Notes under the pieces: model-generated
The model's database searches: none
What the model saw: the letters and a program-made list of their open reading frames with translations, nothing else
Told to the model about the DNA's origin: nothing
In this document: positions 11,801 to 19,343 of the stretch, in pieces
Layout: each line of letters begins with the position of its first letter
Position numbering within the stretch: position 1 is the stretch's first letter
Position numbers and translations under genes: made by a program
Assembly (NCBI GenBank): GCA_965655095.1
Contig: OZ296656.1
Span: 1,736,001 to 1,800,000, forward strand
Length of the DNA: 64,000 nt
Direction of reading: 5' to 3'
Origin: Haplodiscus bocki
Taxonomy: Eukaryota

Positions 11801-13984
11801 CGGTTTGTGCCGGGATCCTCTAAACTCATTGACAAGTTTTTGTTGATGGCAAATAGCGTTCTGGGAGAGGCACTGTTAGAAAACAACTTATATTTTGCAT
11901 CCGGGGTACCAGCTGTTTTGGATCGCACAATCTCTGCCGACTCCGAAGAAAATGTTGCTGTAGATTTGACAATCAGCAAGAGTAGATTGGTGGAGTTCTT
12001 ACACACATGTCAAACGGGACTTCCAAGCGAAGAAAGTATGATTGATGCTTCCCTAACTGCGCCCGTTGATTGGAAACCGGACTTTGGTAGACATCCTAGC
12101 CAAACAGTGACATCGTACTGTGAACAGAGTAAGATTTTGAAATATTTAGTTGAAATCGTGGACTTGTACAGAGGAGGAACACAAAATTTTGTGAGACATC
12201 AAATCATCGCTGGGGCACCAGGAACGGGAAAAACATTCATCATGTTGAGAGCTCTGAGTTATGCAATATGTCAAGGACTCAATTGCATGGTAACTTCACT
12301 AGCGGCCGAAAGGTCGGCTGCTTTAGGTGGCAAGCATCTAAATGCTCTCATTCCTTTCCCGGTGGAGAAAAATGGAACTGTTAATTCTTTGTCTCGAGTA
12401 GCTTTGTCCAGCTTGCAGAAATCACCGGACAGAAGTCGGTTTCTCCAAAACTTAGATGTATTGTTTGTTGAAGAAATTTCGATGATCTCTAGTGAACTTT
12501 GGGCTGCGACGGACCACGTTTTCCAAATCATCTGCTCAAACTACGTGCCATTCGCTGGCAAACTAATCATTGCAACCGGAGATTTTTTTCAACTCCCTCC
12601 ACCAAAAGGAAGTTGTCTGATCAGTTCTTCATTCCCTCTAACGACTTTTCATTTTAGTTTTCTCCAGCACTTTGTGCGTATGCAAAATGAAACGGGTCAA
12701 AAAGTTTTGTCACTGATGTCAACTTTTCCAAGAACAACTGCCATCGGAAACCAAATTTGGAGTTTGATTGAGCGAAATTGCAATTTCGTAGATTGCTGGG
12801 ATGACGTACCAAATGATACAATTCGAATTTTTGCTACTCGCAAAGCGGAAAGATATGCGACGTTCAAGAAAATTATTCAGGTGAAAGACAGTGGTTCCCA
12901 GTTCTATGAAAGTTCATCGACAGATGAAATGTGTGTGTCAAGTACGGACAACTGGATAGAAGCTTCTGGACCTGCAACAAAGTTTCTAAATAAGAAATGC
13001 TTGGAGTCACAATCATTGTTTCTGTTCCCCGGAGCAATTCTTCGACTCACCGTGAACAAGCCAAATGTGATGGCTTTCCAAGGACAACTGTGTGTTTTGG
13101 TTTCACTGGACTCGTTGGCTGACAACGGAACAGTAACTGTTGCCTTGGCCCCTGCTGGTTGCCGATCCATTCCACCACTCTCTGTAATACGAAGATCCTG
13201 GAGATGCATTGTTCTCGCAAAGGAAATCGGAGTTAACATTCGTCTAAACCACAGAACTATTTGTCGCAGAATCCAATTTCCCCTCAAATTGTACGTAGCG
13301 TCAACTATTCACAAAACTATGGGCGAAACACTCCCAACAGTTGCTACGCAGATTGTTGGAGCTCAAGAGTTTTCTCTTTGGCTGCCGGAGCAACTATACG
13401 TAGTAATGAGTCGTGTTCGATCACTGGCGGATATCACTTTCGTGGGATCGAAGCAGTCCAACGAAGGAGCCATCCTGAGTTTGTTGTGTAAAAAGTCACA
13501 GTGGTCGGAGCTGACTACCGAGATCCTCCAAAAGTGTTCTTCCCGTGACCCAACAATCTTCCATGGCTCTACAGACCCCTTTCCGTCAACCATCAGTATA
13601 CCGCAAGAGAATGTTGGCTACTGTTATGTTATTCAGAGCGTCCCACAAAACAACTTGTTATATATTGGTTCAACAATGTGCCTGAATCGACGAATTCGTG
13701 AACATAATGTTGGCTTGGGAGCTTCATTCACGCATGATCCCTCTCGAAGACCTTGGGTTTTGTGTGCTTACGTGACCGGCTTTCTTGCAAGCAGCTCCAC
13801 GGAGAGAATAAGGTTTTTTGAAAAACAGTGGCTTGGGGCAGTCACTAAAGTGCTTAACTTGAGGAAGAAGAACATCTCCCTCCCGAATGCATTGTCAGCA
13901 GCAGAAAACTTAATCATGAATTGGCCTCATAAAGAAGATGTCCTGAAGTTGGTAATTTGCTGTAATCAGCCCATATTGCATTAG
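5885..13984 (+). CDS. RepHel transposase-like protein: ZnF - OTU protease - Cys-rich regions - HUH Rep - PIF1-like SF1 helicase - GIY-YIG (SLX1-like) endonuclease
   Basis: ORF open from 5843 (GTG); first ATG at 5885 gives 2,699 aa. OTU: GDGNCLF (~6182), GVFGTCVEI, DHFEV (~6563). Rep motif 1 PTYFVTYTC (~9995), motif 2 YEWQDETSAFPHIHALV (HUH at 10271-10279), motif 3 YVAKY (10778-10792). Helicase: GAPGTGKT (~12212), FVEEISM, GDFFQLPP, QFPLKLYVASTIHKTMGETL, QLYVVMSRV. GIY-YIG: GYCYVIQS..LYIGST..RRIREHN..GASFT..RRPW..FFEKQW (~13616-13830). Confidence 0.95.
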   Translation: MPSGKSDFKRRRCAKCGRFSERNHSCPNNTDNVSSTSEPLGILYSIPDSNLLVSSVDTLHLESTLEAMGLSCSPTSGIIVNKTNIRLSSVQPSQSLSITGDGNCLFTALGVAVGLSHESGHDLRKLIVSNMDSVTFPENSLQTSIYSAEFPNQNKLLTSPTVNHYLKTSRMAENGVFGTCVEIYTFCQIFKLDVYVYHSILKSWLVYKCDCSNDRQGVFIQQTRTRDHFEVISGLTETYHTSLLLSEDFAGSSSQCGNSAMNTQCPGIQKTALAALDETEPLQKRRRTSDYPVANYLIENGEIKTTLTTFCLAEALCAGGNTTTQSKGPPPTALQHRQHQFHRLPGDELTDEIFLKLTENFVPSSKLPEESTVEIESKLVVTDTVNGADICCKCMREATVYFPLDIKAYSNAGLVNRKFGRKLKNEVVHLCCSCYSYCTAPKVDWQMAWPAVFFTLLSDTSKTEACLVAICSLLPLEIRQHWLGVITLFPICIQCVLNRPRILGTCTVDGTRRLERFEQLMKTMRQKEMAEALDSEPYPNIRCPFGCWTFIEDPGYIPAQHFINLIDRTFTSFQASAFKKLRGARLDFLCPLMCLETFLVAATVRLHEKEGLVVQTCSAHDRGCALQFLHPPRHPELGRIPTLFEERLAIASPSLSCVSSLKANYASHTYQLFRSVGSYSGMSTVSLRRKRRWNITSNRLFQAERTATFFRSDIPILIRQWVVQGKVIEDVATDLSQYQPKNEKLMEHVGVDLDTCIRLTKVMDKNEQELLSNVKFLQCYALAQPNNEHGCSPPPLINDTGDTLWFLQAACCISPILCSSMVSGVNHVLAKNMFSLLRHTFARFGKESKLQRISEAQADIDSILNNAATNNDNPILISNFLQAGGVVLHALCADLCHLQLSQRIELTEKILRDVKVDTKHVIATTTDVNNLRNKVNPPLNIVLFDVQFELVGCGCGSRGTDAVILLRHGGRFCNFWRILKANKFAEPLLDSPETLVEKILRGYWTFLIYRGTNSKKVSTVKWHYLSNLTGQGVFICDKHDVPLTKDFRRSNYFCRCGRSSFLRCAYSKCNSCVCKKHFDEGMKHPNLRVLVAPLAERKLTPEVPNAEAAINPTQCELNSNIASVCDEDKSFVEPDLSTNCLSQNSSSSVASFLCNNMNANSISESQLAMNKLNVCSGERAIVAVQEASREEDYNIPLHILLNSRCNLLHRKRSHPISLTVKEKRFMENITASSTSSTPLLQPEGLLFPTIFWSQSFDGSIEGAIPISLFQSEKYNKQVGFAGLENMLRTRITDGSLLTSSHASYLQFVFDCLLNLQLSKTDIRIVLNRGWQELGSKPTNYQYYSAETFKFDCEESRKNVCEVAALIRDKNPTYFVTYTCGQSTHPGLRKIFEAIDKLYPPDMTSKELRLSVIQSELMPMLRCWHRASQYVMQWLKCSAEQPLGPVSHLWMRYEWQDETSAFPHIHALVCTGENKFGPEVQSRVCCSKETFMGALNDCCPALSDSERFRLGELFQKYQRHDCGKGKNRCKKKTDWLGKPVCRVPKYPASVGFSYKQIQPNYSEETWDLLRAMKLSYIDPNSSTDKAEEELKAGKHHYPAAYNEHISPTNAALFAFTESSTNVQICDDEMCSRYVAKYAAGVEGRAFTKIVASAGEDEVKVQTEPIVNEKIAGVQTSVTKKRRDDDKRKSVTGRIVSITECLWWALQLPYVCTNVDFIHVPTVPKEFRSGIVIEKQIARTMNFSAVFAEAVRIRKNVLKLPKHRQLTRNQELLLADVEASSITPDKVTIFGLRPPELLFVSSLKSYFSWFVRFKINSSKGKSSHEILLSRASCNDFWVDCLGYAIKIRPPAISDFLDFCSTRSDNRRDEVLKQECRKHVLPKLQGTNSCPRLVAYNHCFSDQKAIVVFTNTLPSSPTKFLLHFVLTFGSFDTELDILAVSSLRESFIAAKLVERNNITVAVVLQLARRYLLQQLRFVPGSSKLIDKFLLMANSVLGEALLENNLYFASGVPAVLDRTISADSEENVAVDLTISKSRLVEFLHTCQTGLPSEESMIDASLTAPVDWKPDFGRHPSQTVTSYCEQSKILKYLVEIVDLYRGGTQNFVRHQIIAGAPGTGKTFIMLRALSYAICQGLNCMVTSLAAERSAALGGKHLNALIPFPVEKNGTVNSLSRVALSSLQKSPDRSRFLQNLDVLFVEEISMISSELWAATDHVFQIICSNYVPFAGKLIIATGDFFQLPPPKGSCLISSSFPLTTFHFSFLQHFVRMQNETGQKVLSLMSTFPRTTAIGNQIWSLIERNCNFVDCWDDVPNDTIRIFATRKAERYATFKKIIQVKDSGSQFYESSSTDEMCVSSTDNWIEASGPATKFLNKKCLESQSLFLFPGAILRLTVNKPNVMAFQGQLCVLVSLDSLADNGTVTVALAPAGCRSIPPLSVIRRSWRCIVLAKEIGVNIRLNHRTICRRIQFPLKLYVASTIHKTMGETLPTVATQIVGAQEFSLWLPEQLYVVMSRVRSLADITFVGSKQSNEGAILSLLCKKSQWSELTTEILQKCSSRDPTIFHGSTDPFPSTISIPQENVGYCYVIQSVPQNNLLYIGSTMCLNRRIREHNVGLGASFTHDPSRRPWVLCAYVTGFLASSSTERIRFFEKQWLGAVTKVLNLRKKNISLPNALSAAENLIMNWPHKEDVLKLVICCNQPILH

Positions 13985-14892
13985 TACGTTAGAAAACACT
14001 GGCAAACTACATTTCAACAGCTTCGCCGACTGTCAAATGTGACGAAGTGAATGCCTTATCCCATAAAAAACATAAAGTTCATAATTTAATCAATACATAA
14101 AGTTTTTTTTAAACGTCCATCTATAGTATATATTCATTTGTCTCCGGTGGTTTCCAAAGCTGCACGTGTAAAGTTTTTAGTCTGTGTGTTTTTGCTTTTC
14201 GCTGTGGTTAAAGATATTTTTGTGAAAGTTTTTTCTTTTACTATTAACAACAATTCAATTGTTCAATTTTTGATGTCTTTGAGAGTAGTCTGCAGACTAT
14301 TTAGCCTACGTACTGTTTTCCAAAGGTTTCGTTGTTTAAGTTAGTTAAACATAAAACTATCCGACAATATTCCTTTGCGGACAAGACTTTGCTGCAATTT
14401 GAACCTGATTTTTGGAACGTTAAAAGGGAGCATCAGGTGTTCATGATTTGCCCCTTAACAATGAACGTTCCTGATTGCCCACCGTATTTAAAGTTGATTG
14501 ATTAGTGATTTTAACTTTTTGCACTGCTTTTTTCCCATATGCTTATGGAACGCTTTGTTTTGTGTATGTCTTAATAACGATGTACACCTACATAGTGTAT
14601 GATAAAAGCCCTGTACTCCTTCCTGTTTCGACCGCAAGGTGGAACACTTGGTAAAACGTTAGTGAAACTTCTATACCAAAAACCAGACACACTCAAATGA
14701 GCAAATTTATATTTAGAGGTTTTTGGAACGATGTTTTTTTCAGCTCTTCCGTTTTATACTATTATATAATATAATGCCAATGACAGTTATCTTCTGTGTT
14801 CCATCGTAGTGTACCTATGCTGTTGGAGTCATTAAATGTCGTTTTTTTGTCGTCACCCCTTGTCGTTGTTTTTCAACGTTCTGCAGATCTAA

Positions 14893-15649
14893 ATGAAACA
14901 TCTTATCATAGCTGATTCCCTTGGGAGAAGACTTGTCATGAAGCACGAAGACCTGGAAGTGAAGTTTTTCCCTGGAGCCACGGCATCTTGCCGTCGGGTA
15001 ATTGAGTGTTTAAGAAACCTAACAACGTTTTATGAATCAATCATTTTGTTCATCGGGGGAAATGGACTTACAGGCCGGGGCACACGACGGGGAAAGACTC
15101 CTGAGCAAGTGAGTAATTTCAACACAATATCAAGTTGGTTGCGACTGAAAACATTTTAGAATTAGACTGGTTGCAACATCAGGGTGCATTGTGTATGAAT
15201 TGATCCGCAGGTGATATTTCCCTGCGAAAATAATTTCCAATTATTAAGCAGAGCTTCAAATGCAACTGAAAATATTTTTTTCCTCCAAATTTTGAAGAAA
15301 GTTCAACAAAATCAAACGAAGTGCATGTTCAGCTCAAAAATTTTTTGTTAACTCTTAGGTGGTTCAAGACATTATGTACCTCGTGCGTCTGGCCATTCCA
15401 AAGTGTTACACAGTATACTGTCTGGCTCTGGTCATGAGATCCAAACCTTGCCTCTTAGATATCAAAAGGGTTAACGATGGACTCAGAAACTCTGTGGGTC
15501 AATACAATTTTGTGTCGGTGGCTAGCAAAATGAGCTCCGAAAGGAATTTGATGGATGGCGTGCATTTATCTCGTCACGGTGTTTCAAACTTGATGTACAT
15601 TCTAAGGAAAAGAGTTTTGGGTACTGTACTACCTTTTTCTGACCTGTGA
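14893..15649 (+). CDS. SGNH/GDSL-family hydrolase (esterase), two exons join(14893..15108,15359..15649), 168 aa
   Basis: Exon 1 is 72 codons ending CAA|GTGAGT. The 250-bp intron ends TTTTTTGTTAACTCTTAG|GTG in phase 0, in frame with the 96-aa ORF. The joined protein has the four SGNH blocks in order: LIIADSL (Ser), FPGA (Gly), FIGGNG (Asn), DGVHL (Asp/His). Confidence 0.88.
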
Positions 15650-16958
15650 TAAGTACAAGTAACAAAGCCTTACTGACGTAGTTGTTGATTAATGAACGCA
15701 GTTTCTAACATGGTACCATGTTTTTGATTTTTTGGTAATCGCGTGTTTGCTCTCTTTCTTCTATGTTTCCTTTAAAGTATCAACGTTCACCGGAAAGTTG
15801 TCGTAATGTGGCCGACAAAATTGTGAACAATTGTAATTGTTTAATGGCCATTGTTTTAACAGAGCGTCGCAGAATACGTACACCTGCTCATCGTCGACTG
15901 GGGTTCTGAAAGCAATCACATTCTGTTCCAGCTGAAAAAGAGATAAAAGTGTGGTATTACGCCTCGACGACCAATGTTATGAAGGCTTCCTTCCGTATAT
16001 TCGATACACCAGTTTTATCATGCAGCAAACAAATAGGAGTTATTGGTTATTTTACTGTGCATACAATTGGAATCGACTGTAAAGTTATCTGAGTGTTTAG
16101 ATCTTGTAAGTTCCGAACAAAATTAAATGATTTTTTCGAATAAATGTCAGTTCAACCTATAAAACCCTTGAATTTGTCACTTTGCGTTGTTTCTTCCTGT
16201 ATGTTAGTTTCCTTCAGTCACGTTTTTCCATAGACTTTGAGTACTGCTAAACCCATGAATGTTGCTCTTTGTTCGGCGCTGTTTTTATGCCTGTTAATTT
16301 TCATTGCTAATTGAACTGCTTATTGAAATAAAGCATTACCAGATTGCTTCCCCTGAAATAACGTTTTATGTAACTTAGATTCAACTTCATTTGTTGAAGT
16401 CAAGAAACTGCCGATTGTTTTATTTCTCTTGAATTGCTATCATTGTCTGTGCACTGATTTGTTTAATTTTGAAAAGGTTTTCTTTCGTGTTAGAGTGGTT
16501 TTCACGAAAGAGAAATTTTTATCCTGAATTAACACGTTTCAATTCCCTATAGTCTTTTCATTTACATTCACAGCCGTTAATGATGCGTGAAAGTTCGTTG
16601 AAAAATGTAATTGTGAGCAAACATAAACGTCATTCACTGATGACTGAACTTTGAAACTGTTGACACGTGAAAAAAAGTTGAAAGAAGTCAGTTCCGCCTT
16701 TTGCGTGGCATCACGTAAAGGAACATGTAACTTTTTTCAATAGAAAACTAGCAAGAAGTTTTTTATCAAACCTTTTAATGTATACTAGCGATTCTCACTG
16801 TGACGTGGAAAATTACTGAAGTTGTATTTGATCATGTTGAACTTCATCTTCCTTGTTTTAATTTTTGAGAGTAATTAGTTCTGCGTCCTGAATAGGTTGA
16901 CGAAATGTCACTGTGTAAACCGCGTTGTATAAGATGATGCTTGAAAAGATTGTTCCAG

Positions 16959-17972
16959 ATGATGACCACCCGTGTAAATACGGCCCAAATAACTGCTCCC
17001 AATTTCTTGCGCAACAGTGAGAACACATATATCCGAGGTGTTGTTTTGGTTTTTAAAAAATTTGATCGTCCCCTACAGTTATTTCGACCGCAAGCTGTAA
17101 AAGCTAAACGAATGAGCCCTGACACAAACTACGATCGCCTAATCATCATCGGCGAAATCGAAACGCGAGAATGTTTTGCAATAATAGCAGATTCTGCGCA
17201 GAAAAGTTCACTCCTTTTTGCTGACCGAAAACTAACTATTGGTGCCATCGTTGATGTGAAAGAAGCTATTTTTTCCAACTCCTGCCTTGGTAACGATCGA
17301 ACTAATCCAATTTTTAATGTGTCTCTTCCTTTAGAGGTAGTTACAGACGACCCGCCAATGGAGCCTATTCCTATCGATTTGAATCCCTCGACGAGTGCAA
17401 TGTTTCACTTCTGTCTCCCAAACCGACCCCTTTCGTTTTTGCACGCAATTCCTGTGTTTCCGACTTGTTCCGGTTTTTTGTGCGACAGAAGAAATAGAAA
17501 AAACGAAAGCATTTGCGCATGTTTGCAAAAATCGACTTTGTCAGCGTGGGTCATGTCAGCAAGGGTAATTAGTCAGGACATATTGAGCGAAGACGATGAT
17601 CCTCTAACAGGGGATGTTCTGCAAAGTTTGTCATTGACCAAACTTTTTTGTGAGGAGGCTATCATTAGATCGGCATACACATCAATTGACAGGGGACTTT
17701 TGAGAGACGCTGTCATGCGTGTTGCTAACCATGTTAATAGCAATGGTGGGTGGAGAGTGTCAGGCTTCTATAAAACTGCTTTAACAGAAGAAAACATTGC
17801 GCAAAATGTTCAAAGGGTAAGAATTTGTCGAATCACTCCAGCGATTGAGATCCCTGTGCACTTGAAATACAATGTGATTCCTTGGATTGGAGACAATACA
17901 AACCAGCCACCACGCCTTCTTCACGCTAACGCAAATTTGCCAGCAACTAACAATGTAAACAACATGAGATGA
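16959..17972 (+). CDS. Hypothetical protein (~337 aa), possible N-terminal OB fold and central Cys cluster
   Basis: A 1-kb ORF in AT-rich DNA (called from TTG at 16941; first ATG at 16959, directly after TTCCAG). Beta-strand-like pattern IRGVVL..RLIIIGE..CFAII..LTIGAIVDVKEA..PIFNV, then CSGFLCDRRNRKNESICAC. The function is inferred only. Confidence 0.8.
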   Translation: MMTTRVNTAQITAPNFLRNSENTYIRGVVLVFKKFDRPLQLFRPQAVKAKRMSPDTNYDRLIIIGEIETRECFAIIADSAQKSSLLFADRKLTIGAIVDVKEAIFSNSCLGNDRTNPIFNVSLPLEVVTDDPPMEPIPIDLNPSTSAMFHFCLPNRPLSFLHAIPVFPTCSGFLCDRRNRKNESICACLQKSTLSAWVMSARVISQDILSEDDDPLTGDVLQSLSLTKLFCEEAIIRSAYTSIDRGLLRDAVMRVANHVNSNGGWRVSGFYKTALTEENIAQNVQRVRICRITPAIEIPVHLKYNVIPWIGDNTNQPPRLLHANANLPATNNVNNMR

Positions 17973-18684
17973 ACGATTAATTGAAGCAACAAAACTCAAA
18001 GAAATGTTATGTCAATCACTGTTGTGACATTTTTTACTACAGCTAAAAATTACCTATAGAATCAAGAGAGGTATTACAGACAAGTAAAACAATGTGCCAG
18101 TAATCATTTAGCAAACTACCGAATGTTGTTTCCATGCAACATCGACTGTTACAAGGCATTCGACCGTAAGGTGTTTGCCCAAAATTAGGAGTTCATTTGG
18201 CGTTAAAGAAAATGAGAGTTGTCGTAAAGTGGATTTATTTTACGTGCATCAAAATGAACTGTCAATTGTTGCTACCATTCATTTGCAGTTAAATTGAGAG
18301 TTTACTTTGTTTCACTGGACATTTTTATTTATCACAGTTTAAATTGTTTTCTGTAGTTGGTACATATAATGTTCATTAAAAATTAAATGGATCATCTAGA
18401 GAAAAGTTTGTGTGCAGCTCCTTACAACTAATTACCTCAAACCTAATTCGTTGTCCACTGAGACAAAAAAGTTGCTACAGTTATGTAACTATAACATAAT
18501 TTTCGCAAATTATTTTACAAATAATTCGGCATTGGAAGAAAAAAAAGATAAGATTTTTTCAAAAATAAATTGGCCCAGAATAAAACTTGTGTCACCAACA
18601 GTTTGCCAGCCCAGTAGTTTACTACGAAATTTCAGCAAAGCTTGATTGCCGCCCCTTCAAAAAGTTGACGGATTTCAGATAGAT

Positions 18685-19300
18685 CAATTAGAAAAACTGA
18701 CTTTTTTAGCAGGTTTTTCTTTTTTCTTCGACAAAAAATCGTCATAACCGTCATTATTTTCGGCAATTTGGCCAAAACATTTTTTCGCTGCAAAATTATT
18801 TTTCTTTTGATACAGGTCCCGTCACGTTGTGACGAATGCTCACATCACTTTTTTAACATCAACCTGGGAGAAATGACAAAATGCTCGATTTTGGCCTCTT
18901 TTTGACAAATTTGAAAGGTCATATCTCCTAGGGCAAAAGGCCCTGGCCAAAAATTTTTGGCATGTAGGTAGTTAACAGCAAATGTGCTTCACACAAAAAA
19001 TTTGGGTCCAATGCTATGGGTAAAGTGTGGAGATAATGCGGGAAAAACATCGAAACCTGCCAAAAAACAGGATCATTGCGTCATATCTCCCCAACCAAAA
19101 GAAAAAAAATGATGTAAGTGCCAAAAATCTTCATACATCGGCGGACTCTATCCACATGCAAAGTTTCATCAAAATCGTATGGTTAGGTTTCGAGATCGTC
19201 TCCTTTTCGGCGGGTTGAGTGTAAGTGTAAACTTGATTTTTGAAACTCGGCACAGGGGCCCCTCCCCCGCCTCGTAACAGTTTTGTGTCGCTAAAAAGCT
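18685..19300 (+). repeat. Subterminal non-coding region, variant B (also at 35580-36195 and 52475-53090)
   Basis: Same motif order and spacing as variants A and A'. Confidence 0.85.
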
Positions 19301-19343
19301 TGACCACCCAGTGGAGGCAACGGTGCAATTTACTAGAGGGCGG
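19254..19343 (+). other. Junction signal 2 (core 19301-19319)
   Basis: AGGGGCCCCTCCCCCGCCTCG followed by TGACCACCCAGTGGAGGCA. Confidence 0.9.

Larger units (their letters stand above)
2406..19300 (+). mobile_element. Helitron/Helentron-like rolling-circle element with GIY-YIG nuclease, copy 1 (coding regions intact)
   Basis: Encodes an HUH Rep-PIF1 helicase fusion. Boundaries come from the tandem periodicity and the junction core; the exact breakpoint within the 19-bp core cannot be resolved. Confidence 0.9.

Noticed and set aside
5953-13593. Many 60-170-aa ORFs overlapping RepHel on the opposite strand or in other frames (and their repeats)
   Set aside because: They are shadow ORFs of a long coding sequence with no recognisable motifs.
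16481-16511. 9-bp inverted repeat TCTTTCGTG/CACGAAAGA
   Set aside because: It is isolated, with no comparative support within the window, and a bacterial-type terminator does not apply in this eukaryotic context.
14626-18173. TTCGACCG(C/T)AAG at 14627, 17083 and 18159
   Set aside because: Matches of 12-13 bp are near chance expectation in 17 kb, and one lies inside a CDS.
18483-18495. GTAACTATAAC, resembling part of an LSU rDNA homing-endonuclease site
   Set aside because: Only about 11 AT-rich bases match and there is no surrounding rRNA sequence.
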